IMG/VR virus record: IMGVR_UViG_3300009285_011187
Strand: one strand, 5' to 3'
DNA length: 20,000 nt
From: an uncultured virus (IMG/VR IMGVR_UViG_3300009285_011187)
Taxonomy: Duplodnaviria > Heunggongvirae > Uroviricota > Caudoviricetes
The notes under the pieces were generated by a model. It had not been told where the DNA came from and did no database searches. It was given only the letters and a program-made list of their open reading frames with translations. This document shows, in pieces, positions 1 to 8,325 of this stretch (positions are counted from its first letter, which is position 1; the number at the start of each line of letters is the position of its first letter). Made by a program: the position numbers and the translations under genes.

Positions 1-424
1 CCGTATCCCCAGGCGTTAACGTGTCCCTTTTCGATAAGCCGGCAAACCTCAGTATCAATTCGCCTGTAATTATCTTCCGGATTGTTACGATGAATGGATT
101 TTCGCCCTCCACTCGCTGGGCCAGGTCGAAAAAAACCTGGTTCACCTCCTGAAATGAATTGTATATGGGCGCCAATTCCGATGGCGTGAGATCGCCGATT
201 TCATCAAGAGTGATCCCGGCCACGCAGTCTGCCCAATTTTTTTTCAGGAAGTCGTCGCCAATAAAGGTGAAGGTAGGATCGGCATCCTTGTTGTCAGTAT
301 CGGTGCTGGCTTGCGGCTCGCCTACCGTTGCGAGATCCTGCCATACTTTCTTAATCTGATTGACCGACAACTCAAAAACCGTGATACGTCGATCGTCGAT
401 CTTCACTTCCTTTGTCGCCCGCAT
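1..424 (-). CDS. Tail assembly chaperone (gpG-like), runs off the window edge
   Basis: Read manually: ATG at 424 after AAGGA; MRATKEVKIDDRRITVFELSVNQIKKVW...LTPSELAPIYNSFQEVNQVFFDL is open to position 1; lies directly after the tail tube gene; slippery T TTT TTC near 128-134. Confidence 0.8.
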   Translation of the reverse strand, partial: MRATKEVKIDDRRITVFELSVNQIKKVWQDLATVGEPQASTDTDNKDADPTFTFIGDDFLKKNWADCVAGITLDEIGDLTPSELAPIYNSFQEVNQVFFDLAQRVEGENPFIVTIRKIITGELILRFAGLSKRDTLTPGDT

Positions 425-443
425 AAAAATCCTTTCTTTGCCA

Positions 444-463
444 GCGGGGGATTGCTCCCCCGC
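444..463 (-). terminator. GC hairpin between tail tube and chaperone genes (attenuator or mRNA stabiliser)
   Basis: GCGGGGG-attgct-CCCCCGC perfect 7-bp stem just after the tube stop codon; no clean U-run. Confidence 0.45.
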
Positions 464-479
464 AAAGCAAGGTTAATGG

Positions 480-1049
480 TTAGTCGGTCGTGGTCGTTGT
501 CGTCGAGGTTGTGGTCGTAGAGGTCGTCGTATCGAAGGTCTCGGTAAACCACGGACTTACAGCGTGGTTTACTCGATCAGCGATTCCTTCGCCAGAAAAG
601 CTCAGGGTTGTGTATTCCTGACTGATTAGCGAAAAACGACCATTGGGCGTCAGTTTGCATTTCCAGAACTCGACCTTTTTGTTCGGCCCTACTGGGTTGT
701 CGGAAATGAATTTCAAAGCGTAGAGCTGATTGACGTTCTGGTTCGCGTACAACACTCTGGTCCCGGACATCGAGGCCTTGATAAACATCCTCATGTTCTC
801 GACAGATTGCTCGTCGAGTATAAAGGATAGGTTATAGCCGACTTCGACAACCGTTTCTTGGTCCTTTTCACGCATGCCAGTGCGCGAACTATAATGTGGC
901 AGGGTCTGCTCTGTCACCTGATAGTCAATATTTGAAGCGTTGCCAACGTCGGCATAAGCCCCTGGCGCAGATCCTGCCCACTTGGCAATGTATAGGATAC
1001 CCTTGCCAATGGTGTAGTTGTTAATCGACGGAGATTCTTCCGGTCCCAT
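480..1049 (-). CDS. Major tail tube protein with C-terminal Thr/Ser tail
   Basis: 189 aa; N-terminal YTIGKGILYIA...DVGN and HYSSRTG motifs typical of siphovirus tube proteins; AGGAGG RBS; position between tail completion and chaperone genes. Confidence 0.8.
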   Translation of the reverse strand: MGPEESPSINNYTIGKGILYIAKWAGSAPGAYADVGNASNIDYQVTEQTLPHYSSRTGMREKDQETVVEVGYNLSFILDEQSVENMRMFIKASMSGTRVLYANQNVNQLYALKFISDNPVGPNKKVEFWKCKLTPNGRFSLISQEYTTLSFSGEGIADRVNHAVSPWFTETFDTTTSTTTTSTTTTTTD

Positions 1050-1063
1050 ATTGCATTCCTCCT

Positions 1064-1528
1064 TTAGTTCGCTATTTCAAATTGAAAATAATGTTGTTCG
1101 TAAACGGTAAAAAGATCGGTCGTAATCAGATATTGACCATCGCTTTCTATCGTCAATTCGCCGGCGCCAGGGACAAGAACCTTGCCGTCCAGCACCTTAC
1201 GACACTGATCAAGCAAAAACAGAACGTTGGGTACGTCTGTACTGCCGATCATGTGCGTGTTCGCATCGCCAATATAAATGGAGATTTCATGCTTCATCTG
1301 GCGATTGCGGTTTTGCTGTTCCCTTGGCCAGCGAAACCGATCCTTGGAAATCACCAAGGCAAACGGAGTAGTCAAATTAACTTCCGCAGGGAAAGTAACG
1401 CTTTTCAACTGTTGAAGTTTGCTGAACCGATCCAGCTCACCATTGTAAGGCCTGACAAGGTTAAAGGTCGGCAGATTAGCGCGCAGGTGATTGCATATCT
1501 TTTCAACCGATGTCGTGCGATCCAGCAT
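1064..1528 (-). CDS. Putative tail completion/terminator protein (Mu gp37-like)
   Basis: 154 aa; VRPYNGELD and PFALV motifs; synteny between the gp36-like gene and tail tube. Confidence 0.6.
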   Translation of the reverse strand: MLDRTTSVEKICNHLRANLPTFNLVRPYNGELDRFSKLQQLKSVTFPAEVNLTTPFALVISKDRFRWPREQQNRNRQMKHEISIYIGDANTHMIGSTDVPNVLFLLDQCRKVLDGKVLVPGAGELTIESDGQYLITTDLFTVYEQHYFQFEIAN

Positions 1529-1962
1529 TAAAAGGTCTCCATATAGTCAACAGTGAATTTCTGGTCTCTGGTATCCACAGCATGAGCGGAAACAGCGGAC
1601 TCTTCAACAACGCCGTCTTCATCCTGGCCAAAAGACAGTTTGCCTTCGGCGATCTTTTCGAGCGTCTTGAGACATTTGTCATAGGCGCGCTCCCAGACAT
1701 CCGAAGCGAAGTACTTGCGCAGGTGCAGTTTCCATATTGCCATCTGTGCCGAAAGATTTGCAGCCATAGGAGGAACTGGATCCATAGGCACATCGTACCC
1801 GGCCATAATGGCGTAAGCATCGATTTCCCGATCTGCGACATCAATGACTTCGTCGATATTGGTTTGGTTCACTACAACTGCCCCGGGAATGTCATTCGAC
1901 AAATTAATCAAAATCGTTTCCGGGATCAGTTTTTTCATGTCAGTGACCGTGCAGTAAGCCAT
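1528..1962 (-). CDS. Head-tail connector, Mu gp36-like (DUF1320)
   Basis: MAYCTVTDM...ADREIDAY...YDVPM...Y..CLKTLEKIAEGKLS is the gp36/DUF1320 pattern; AGGAGG RBS. Confidence 0.88.
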   Translation of the reverse strand: MAYCTVTDMKKLIPETILINLSNDIPGAVVVNQTNIDEVIDVADREIDAYAIMAGYDVPMDPVPPMAANLSAQMAIWKLHLRKYFASDVWERAYDKCLKTLEKIAEGKLSFGQDEDGVVEESAVSAHAVDTRDQKFTVDYMETF

Positions 1963-2294
1963 GGGATCCTCCTTATTATGCGCCCTTTATCGGTTTCAAT
2001 GATGCCAAATTTCAAGGCGTAAGCCTTGAGTGCCGATAGGGGCAGTCGCTTCTTTTCCGGTATGGGCAGCCTGCCAATCAACTCACCAGGAACAAGGTGA
2101 CGTGGTCTTTTTGCTCCAGTGACTATTGTGCGTCGATATCTTAACTGCCCAGATGGATAAAGGGATTTCGCCAACACTGCATTCAGGTACACGCGATCCC
2201 CTTTGCCATAATACCGCTGGCCGATTTTAATACGGCCAGCGGTCACTTCGTAGCAATATGGTCCAGGCCATTCTATCCGATCTATCTTGATCAT
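1935..2294 (-). CDS. Hypothetical basic protein following the capsid gene
   Basis: ATG at 2294 overlaps the capsid TGA (TGATG coupling); fills the gap to gp36; 119 aa. Confidence 0.65.
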   Translation of the reverse strand: MIKIDRIEWPGPYCYEVTAGRIKIGQRYYGKGDRVYLNAVLAKSLYPSGQLRYRRTIVTGAKRPRHLVPGELIGRLPIPEKKRLPLSALKAYALKFGIIETDKGRIIRRIPWLTARSLT

Positions 2295-3259
2295 CAGGCC
2301 TTGGTGTTTTTGATCAGATAGCCGGCGCCGGACATGATCAGCATCTGGTCCCAGATGTCGGTGCATCGCACATTGACCAGCTTTCCCCCGGACTCGAGAT
2401 AGATGTCTACATAGGGGTAGGGCTTGGTGCCGAACATCGGCCGGATCGTGTAACCGAAACAGGGCTCATCGAGGCTTGGGGTTTCGGTCGGTGGAATGTA
2501 GGCCAGAAGCGCGAAGTCGCCCCACAGATCGTAGAAGGCTTCCGCTGAATCCAGTGCCATGGACATACCGACGAGCACTTTGTCGAATCCGTGGATTTCC
2601 TTGATGAATTCCGGTGTCACGACTTTATGGTTCGTCGAGGCCAACTTGTCGGTATAGTTGGCATGGAACTTCAGCTGGAGCCATGTGTCATTGCCGATAA
2701 TGAACGTATTGGGGTAAATGCCGATGGATCCCCGGATCGCTTCTTTGCCGGCGTCGATGTCTGTAACCGGGGTAGATCCCGTGGCGCTCCAGCAATCGGC
2801 GCCGGAAAGAGTGACAACATTCGCGGCCGGATAGTTGGCCGAACTCTGGACCATATCGGCGACGACTTTCTCCAGTTCCAGCTTTAGGTTCCATTGAACG
2901 CGCCGGCGAGTCCTGTCCTGCAAATTAAACAACGCCTTGAGAACGAAGTCTGATGGCAGGGCAGCAAGTGCATCAAGGTCGCGTTGATCCAGGGGGATAG
3001 CCAAATCGTGTTCCTCGCAGCTGAAAGACAGCCACGATTCCGGCGAAATGGTGCCCTTATTGGAATCGGCGCCACGGGCTCGCAGGGTTTCGTAAATTTT
3101 GAATGCATCTTTTCCGAAGACCGGTACCTTGCCGCTCAAGGAAATGCTGCGCGCAACTGGAAATACCTGTTCGCCGATCAAGCCTCGCGGCGTATAACCG
3201 GCAGCCAATGTGGTTAAAGGAACGCTAATTCCTTCTGTAATTGCTTCAAACAAATTCAT
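2294..3259 (-). CDS. Major capsid protein
   Basis: 321 aa; LTTLAAGY..LIGEQVFP, FGK.AF...ET.RARGA and G.YPN motifs of capsid E-like proteins found in Mu-like head modules; AAGGAGG RBS. Confidence 0.9.
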   Translation of the reverse strand: MNLFEAITEGISVPLTTLAAGYTPRGLIGEQVFPVARSISLSGKVPVFGKDAFKIYETLRARGADSNKGTISPESWLSFSCEEHDLAIPLDQRDLDALAALPSDFVLKALFNLQDRTRRRVQWNLKLELEKVVADMVQSSANYPAANVVTLSGADCWSATGSTPVTDIDAGKEAIRGSIGIYPNTFIIGNDTWLQLKFHANYTDKLASTNHKVVTPEFIKEIHGFDKVLVGMSMALDSAEAFYDLWGDFALLAYIPPTETPSLDEPCFGYTIRPMFGTKPYPYVDIYLESGGKLVNVRCTDIWDQMLIMSGAGYLIKNTKA

Positions 3260-3290
3260 GGTGAATATCCTCCTTAGTTAATCAGCGCCA

Positions 3291-3890
3291 CTAAGCTGTA
3301 GTAACAGTCGTGGTGGTTGTGGTGCTGGTTGTCGTGGTCATGCTGGTCGTGGTCGTTGTCATTGTCGTCGACGTAGTAGAAATTGTTGAAGCCGTAGTTG
3401 ACGACGAAGACGTTGTAGAACTACTGGTCGAGGTGGTTGACGACGAAGACGTTGTAGAACTACTGGTCGAGGTGGTTGACGACGAAGACGTTGTCGTAGA
3501 AGTGCTAGTTGAGGTTGTTGTCGTTGTTGGTACCGTACTAACAGTGTTGCCACTCACCCTTATTTCAACCAACTGATCTGCCAACGATTGAGCACGCATA
3601 ACAACGCCATTGATATACTCGCCTCTGCCGGCTATTACAGCCTTACCAAGTCCGTTGGTCGTGACTTTGTCGCCTACGCCCAGGGCTTCGCCGGCAGTAA
3701 TCAGTCCGGTGCCGTCAACAATGATGGCGAATGTCTGCCCATCAATGGCGCTGTCCATAGCAATGCCTTTGGCCAGTTGGCCCTTGGCATTGCACTGGGC
3801 ATCGCTGTAATTAATAAACCGGCGACCAGTGACTGCTCCACTTGCTACGCCAGTTGTCTTCCGGCGTGGCTTTTCCGTATGCAATCCCAT
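3291..3890 (-). CDS. DUF2190-like capsid cement/decoration protein with a 78-aa Thr/Ser tail
   Basis: ASGAVT.RRF, GIA.D.A.DG, AGEAL..GD.VTT...GKAV motifs; located between scaffold and capsid genes; AGGAGG RBS. Confidence 0.8.
   Translation of the reverse strand: MGLHTEKPRRKTTGVASGAVTGRRFINYSDAQCNAKGQLAKGIAMDSAIDGQTFAIIVDGTGLITAGEALGVGDKVTTNGLGKAVIAGRGEYINGVVMRAQSLADQLVEIRVSGNTVSTVPTTTTTSTSTSTTTSSSSTTSTSSSTTSSSSTTSTSSSTTSSSSTTASTISTTSTTMTTTTTSMTTTTSTTTTTTVTTA
3397..3494. repeat. 39-bp tandem repeat (2.5 copies) encoding part of the Ser/Thr tail
   Basis: gttgacgacgaagacgttgt starts at 3397, 3436 and 3475. Confidence 0.9.
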
Positions 3891-3905
3891 AATTCAAAGC
3901 CTCCT

Positions 3906-4334
3906 TTAGGCTGTCGTTGTGGTCGTTGTGGTCGTTGTCGTGGTTGTGGTCGTTGTCGATGTGGACGTCGTCGGAACGGTGCTGACCATATTGCCACCGA
4001 CTCTGATTTCCACAAGCTGGTCTGGAATGAGTTGCTGGCGCATAACTACGCCGTTAACGTAATCCCCCTGGCCGGCGACAACCGCCTTGCCCAGGCCGTT
4101 TGTGGTAACTTGCACACCGGCGTTCAACGCCTCGCCTGCAGCTACCAGACCGGTTCCGTCAATGATAATGCCAAAACTTTGACCATCTATGGCATTATCG
4201 ATAGCGATGCCCTTGGCTAACTGCCCTTTGGCGTTGCACACAGCATCGCTGTAATTGACAAACCGGCGCGCCGTCACGGCGCCGCTGGCCGTCCCGGTTG
4301 TAATAGTTCCGGGTTTCTCAGTATGTAAAGACAT
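3906..4334 (-). CDS. DUF2190-like capsid cement/decoration protein paralog with a 21-aa Thr tail
   Basis: 92/121 residues identical to the domain of 3291-3890 (manual alignment); GGAGG RBS. Confidence 0.8.
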   Translation of the reverse strand: MSLHTEKPGTITTGTASGAVTARRFVNYSDAVCNAKGQLAKGIAIDNAIDGQSFGIIIDGTGLVAAGEALNAGVQVTTNGLGKAVVAGQGDYVNGVVMRQQLIPDQLVEIRVGGNMVSTVPTTSTSTTTTTTTTTTTTTTTA

Positions 4335-4359
4335 GATTTATCCTCCCTGTGCGTGATGG

Positions 4360-4950
4360 TTACTGCATGAAGTGTTGCGAGGCAACTTCATAGGATACTT
4401 TCTTTTCCTCCATGTAAGCCCTGATCTGAGCGTCGAGATCCAACGAAGCTGGGTCAACCTGATCCATCACTTCGCTGTAAGTGGCCGGGAGCGCATTGCC
4501 TTTGGAGTCCTTTTGAGCGGCGCTATCCTTACTAGCAAATCTCGGTTGCCGCTGGTTGATGACAGGCCTGGCCTCGATGCCTGCCTTAAACTTTGCAGAT
4601 GGAGGAAGTTGCTTATCCGCAAAAGTAACGCCCTTTTCCAGGGTCAACAGTTCGGAATACTGATCTACCAATCCCTGCTTTTCTGCAGCCAGGATTTTGC
4701 CTTCCTTGACCATCGATTCAGCAAAGCTGGCAAATTCGGCAACACGATCAGCGTCCTTCGCGACCTTTAGGGTCGTGACGTCTGCCGCCAGTGCCGTAGC
4801 CGTATCGGAAAATTTCTTTACCGAGCTATCCAGCTTTGTAACGGTTTCAGCAAGAGCGGTAATTCCTTTCGCAGCTTCGCCAAACGCGGCCACCTGGGTC
4901 TCGATTTTGGCAAGACGATCGTCTAACGCTTTCTTTTCTTCTGGTGTCAT
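4360..4950 (-). CDS. Internal in-frame scaffolding protein (Mu gpZ-like)
   Basis: AGGAGG-accac-ATG at 4950 inside the protease ORF, giving the helical MTPEEKKALDDRL... product of 196 aa. Confidence 0.7.
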   Translation of the reverse strand: MTPEEKKALDDRLAKIETQVAAFGEAAKGITALAETVTKLDSSVKKFSDTATALAADVTTLKVAKDADRVAEFASFAESMVKEGKILAAEKQGLVDQYSELLTLEKGVTFADKQLPPSAKFKAGIEARPVINQRQPRFASKDSAAQKDSKGNALPATYSEVMDQVDPASLDLDAQIRAYMEEKKVSYEVASQHFMQ

Positions 4951-5901
4951 GTGGTCCTCCTGTGAGTCTGAATATTTTGATTGCGGTTCATCAGGGATGT
5001 ATGTCTCGGTAGCCGACTTCATCAAAGAGTTAATGGAGTTTTTGTCCAGGATCTTATTCGCCGTATCCAGCCCGAACTTCTCGATAAAGAAGTCACGGAT
5101 AGAGGAAAATAGCCTACCGATTGCCGGCACACGGTATTCATCCGTTGCCCAACCAGCAAATGCCGTTTCCAGTTCCTCAAATTCTTCTGTCGCCGAAAAA
5201 GCTACCGGCACAAGGCCCTTGACCGCAGGTGGCGTCGCGCCGAGCAAGCCTACATGACGCAGAAGTTTATTGGGATACAACGCGATGCTGACAAATTTGT
5301 AAGCTCCGCTCTTGGTGGAGTCCTTGGCATACTGACTCACCTGATCACAAAAAGCGTACAGCTTGTTGCCGATCACCTTTAACGTCTGAATCCAACCATG
5401 GGCCGGATCGTCGGTTGCTGGATGACCAAAAACAAGTGGCGCCTTATGTTCTGTTTGAGCATTGTAGAGATCAGCGATCTCGGCAATGTCTTCATGGCTG
5501 TATGTTTTAACCGTACCGTTACTGGCGGTGTGGGTTCCGGTCTTAAAAACTTCTATCCACATGGCGTCGCTATCGTCATGTTCAGTTTTGCAGGCTGGCA
5601 TGTCCGGATATTTTTTGCAGACAGCTTTCATAACTGCGGCATGATCCTTGGTACCAGCTGCGCGTGCCAGTGCATTGGCGGCGTGGGCCTTGTCATGTAT
5701 AGGGAACCGACGCTCCTTTGAAAAAACAAAAGCGCTGTCCGGTAGGGCATTGCGTGTAGCGGATGTAAGTTGCTTGTACTCGAGGCCGGCATATTCCGCA
5801 TAAGCAATTGACGCTGCGATATCGGCATCCATGCCGCGCGTTGCGAGCTCCTCAATGCGCTGCTTCATGTAATCTGACAACATACAGTTAACCGGTTGCA
5901 T
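4360..5901 (-). CDS. Prohead protease/scaffold (Mu gpI-like) with an N-terminal DUF6582-like domain
   Basis: WIEVFKTGTH, APLVFGHP, PAHGWI, YKFVS, LRHVGLLGATPPAVKGL protease motifs; coiled-coil C-terminus. Confidence 0.88.
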   Translation of the reverse strand: MQPVNCMLSDYMKQRIEELATRGMDADIAASIAYAEYAGLEYKQLTSATRNALPDSAFVFSKERRFPIHDKAHAANALARAAGTKDHAAVMKAVCKKYPDMPACKTEHDDSDAMWIEVFKTGTHTASNGTVKTYSHEDIAEIADLYNAQTEHKAPLVFGHPATDDPAHGWIQTLKVIGNKLYAFCDQVSQYAKDSTKSGAYKFVSIALYPNKLLRHVGLLGATPPAVKGLVPVAFSATEEFEELETAFAGWATDEYRVPAIGRLFSSIRDFFIEKFGLDTANKILDKNSINSLMKSATETYIPDEPQSKYSDSQEDHMTPEEKKALDDRLAKIETQVAAFGEAAKGITALAETVTKLDSSVKKFSDTATALAADVTTLKVAKDADRVAEFASFAESMVKEGKILAAEKQGLVDQYSELLTLEKGVTFADKQLPPSAKFKAGIEARPVINQRQPRFASKDSAAQKDSKGNALPATYSEVMDQVDPASLDLDAQIRAYMEEKKVSYEVASQHFMQ

Positions 5902-7225
5902 TTGCCTGCCTCCTCTGATTCTTGATGTCTAATATCTTTCTGGCGCCTTTTCTTTCTTTTTTGGTCCCAGTTACCTGCAACTTGGAAGGATTGACAATCT
6001 CGTCTTCTAGATCGTCTTCCTGGAGCCGGTATGCGCGTACAAAGTAAGATTTTTTGAAAATTACACCAGCCCGGGACAGCGCTTCATCGCGCGTCGCCCG
6101 CTTATCATCGACCTCATTTTCGTGAAAAGCTATAACCCGCGGCCGCGGAGCCTGGGCGTAGCCATTGCGATAAAAAATCATGTTAATGATGTCATCCCAG
6201 ATCGAGGCTACCATTCTTTTATCCCGGTCCTGGATATCGTCACGGACTGTCAGAGCTCCGGCTGTTGCTGCATAGCTGCCCTTTTGCCCGGCGTCTGTGG
6301 AAAGCGTATGACCCAAAATGCGTTTAGATATCTGGGAATCCATAAAATCACACATCTGTTTAAAGCCGTCGTTATTTTGACGCGCACTGCGCTGTTCCAG
6401 CAATTCAACTTCTTTGTTCTCGGAAAGCGCGATCACGGCATCCTGGACCAGGCCTTTTAAATCGGTTGCAAAGGCAGTCAAATCCTCACTTTTGGCACTA
6501 GGGCCTTTAATCGTCCCTTTGACCCATGGCGTGCCAAAGCGCTCCAAACAGTTAAGCCAGAATTCTAGTCCCGCACGCTTAAAAACGATGGGCCAAAAAC
6601 ATTGAGTGGCAACGCCGCGACCGTAGGGATTGTCAAAGGTAGGCTTGAAGCGTGGACAAATCAAAGTCCATTCATCTGGCGGCGGCTCGCCGTTAATCAT
6701 GTCTTTCTTGGAAATAAATCGCAGTTCAGGGACTCCATCGCTGGGAATAAAAAAATGGAACCAGTCTGGCGGCAACGGCGTAATCTCCAACGGCATCCAC
6801 AACCCACTAAAGTAATCCCAGGTTAATTCTGCCGGTTGATAGCCCCAATAAATGACATCCAGCAAGTTCGATGTGAGCTCGTCCCGTGACAGATCCTCTA
6901 CCCTCATTTTCCGTTCAATGATGGAGAAAAACCATGTTTTGATGGCTTTATACAAAAATTCAGGACATTCGCCGCGTTCGATACGCCAATCGTAAGCCAT
7001 GGTAGCCGACTCCCGTGATTCAAGTGTGGCGATCAGGTGTGCGTCAGACATCAATTCCCGGTAAATGGCCATCGTCTGCCCGCGCTTTTCCAGTACGCGA
7101 TCCGGGTTCGGCAGTCGCTGGTTAAGAACCAGCCAGGCTTGCGAAGTGGTCTGGTAGTTGTACTTTGTTTTCCCGTAAGGAATGACAACCGACTGTGGAT
7201 CGCGTGGTTTACGCCGTCTCGACAT
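5888..7225 (-). CDS. Portal protein (Mu gp29/DUF935-like)
   Basis: LPNPD.VL, DAHL...LESR, NPYGRG, FW...LERFGTPW, QISKRILGHTLST..G..GSYA motifs. Confidence 0.93.
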   Translation of the reverse strand: MSRRRKPRDPQSVVIPYGKTKYNYQTTSQAWLVLNQRLPNPDRVLEKRGQTMAIYRELMSDAHLIATLESRESATMAYDWRIERGECPEFLYKAIKTWFFSIIERKMRVEDLSRDELTSNLLDVIYWGYQPAELTWDYFSGLWMPLEITPLPPDWFHFFIPSDGVPELRFISKKDMINGEPPPDEWTLICPRFKPTFDNPYGRGVATQCFWPIVFKRAGLEFWLNCLERFGTPWVKGTIKGPSAKSEDLTAFATDLKGLVQDAVIALSENKEVELLEQRSARQNNDGFKQMCDFMDSQISKRILGHTLSTDAGQKGSYAATAGALTVRDDIQDRDKRMVASIWDDIINMIFYRNGYAQAPRPRVIAFHENEVDDKRATRDEALSRAGVIFKKSYFVRAYRLQEDDLEDEIVNPSKLQVTGTKKERKGARKILDIKNQRRQANATG

Positions 7226-7652
7226 TGACAGCTCCTATCAGTAAATTGCCCTCAGCCTGCCGGCGCCGGATCAGGCCAGGCAGCTTTCTGCCGCCGCCAA
7301 AGACCCATTTCTGCAGCTCCAGATACGCGCCATGGATATCGCCTGCATTAACTCTGCGTCTCAATGTGGATCCCGCAAGTCTAGTAGCGCCAAGGTTATA
7401 AGTAAAATCAGCAATTGCGGCTAGTTGTGGGCCGGCAAGTCCTGGACACAGTTTCATGGTGGCTCGCATAGCGATACCGGCATCCCGGCCAAGCCGAACT
7501 TCGGCCTGTCCGACCGAGAACATCATGCCTGGTTTTATGTCTGGGCCAGTGGCGCCATACATGGCAGTCCACACGCCGGCCGGACATGGGTAGGCCCGCA
7601 GTCGCAGTCCCTCGAACAGACGAATTAAGGATTTAAGTATCTTAATAGCCAA
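7209..7652 (-). CDS. Endolysin, GH24 lysozyme
   Basis: FEGLRLRAYPCPAGVWT (E-C-T catalytic variant), FTYNLG, STLRRRVNAG, LPGLIRRR..E. Confidence 0.93.
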   Translation of the reverse strand: MAIKILKSLIRLFEGLRLRAYPCPAGVWTAMYGATGPDIKPGMMFSVGQAEVRLGRDAGIAMRATMKLCPGLAGPQLAAIADFTYNLGATRLAGSTLRRRVNAGDIHGAYLELQKWVFGGGRKLPGLIRRRQAEGNLLIGAVNVETA

Positions 7653-8184
7653 GGCGCTTCCTCAGTGAACGGTCAACAAACCAGAACCCCAGAATCATAA
7701 AGAGAATGGATGAATCTTCCCTGGTCCATAACACAACCAGAAAAGCTTCAAATGTTTGCGCTGTGATGGCGGCTGAAACAATGACGCATAGTTTGTAAAT
7801 AGTGAACAACACCATCCACCAGTAAGTAATGATTGGGCGTATGGTCGCACTAAGCGCATCGGCCCATGGCAATCCGATGACCGCGGGTGGCTTGATCGCT
7901 TCAAGGTATGCCTGCATCTCCAGGCGCCGTTCGTCGGCGTCTACCTGTGAATCAATAGTTTGGCGCGTCTCGGCGCTCTCGGCATGGAGTTTATCTATTG
8001 CCAACTTGGACCGCAGTTCGTCGATCTTGTATTGCAGCTCGGTCATTCTATATTCGTGGTCGTGGTCTTTCTTCGCCGTCCAAATTTTCATGAACTCTGG
8101 GATCAGGCGCATAAAAGCGCCGGCGCCGCCAGCGAGAATCGGACCGAGACCGCCAGTAAAGATAGCAAGTAGTGCTTCAATCAT
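7642..8184 (-). CDS. Putative holin (GTA-type 3-TM holin-like)
   Basis: N-terminal hydrophobic segment, coiled coil, W.D.LSATIRP.ITY and GFWF.DRSL motifs; adjacent to lysozyme. Confidence 0.7.
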   Translation of the reverse strand: MIEALLAIFTGGLGPILAGGAGAFMRLIPEFMKIWTAKKDHDHEYRMTELQYKIDELRSKLAIDKLHAESAETRQTIDSQVDADERRLEMQAYLEAIKPPAVIGLPWADALSATIRPIITYWWMVLFTIYKLCVIVSAAITAQTFEAFLVVLWTREDSSILFMILGFWFVDRSLRKRLGY

Positions 8185-8315
8185 ACGCGCTCCTTAAATA
8201 AACGACGTTGCTTGATCTCATCTTTTTCGAGTCGAAATCGGCATTGACCCTCGGTGCAGTGATCGCATGGAAGATTGCGGCGCCTGCACCAAGGAAACAC
8301 AAAAATAATATGCAT
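8181..8315 (-). CDS. Small Cys-rich hypothetical protein (44 aa)
   Basis: GAGG RBS; C-x6-C-x2-C-x4-C; stop overlaps the holin ATG (ATGA). Confidence 0.45.
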   Translation of the reverse strand: MHIIFVFPWCRRRNLPCDHCTEGQCRFRLEKDEIKQRRLFKERV

Positions 8316-8325
8316 CGACAGGACC

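Noticed and set aside
2295..2366. Upstream start of ORF 1935-2366
   Set aside because: It lies inside the capsid gene; the coupled ATG at 2294 is more plausible
3310..3576. Poly-Val ORF on the plus strand
   Set aside because: Antisense shadow of the poly-Thr tail
3291..4334. DGR template/variable repeat pair
   Set aside because: Both copies are intact genes, differences are not adenine-specific, and no reverse transcriptase is in the window
1528..7225. Transposable Mu-like phage
   Set aside because: Only head genes are Mu-like; the terminase is a different type and no transposase, Mor/C or Gam is seen
7580..7620. Inactive lysozyme because of Cys in place of the catalytic Asp
   Set aside because: The E-C-T variant (CPAGVWT) is common in active GH24 endolysins
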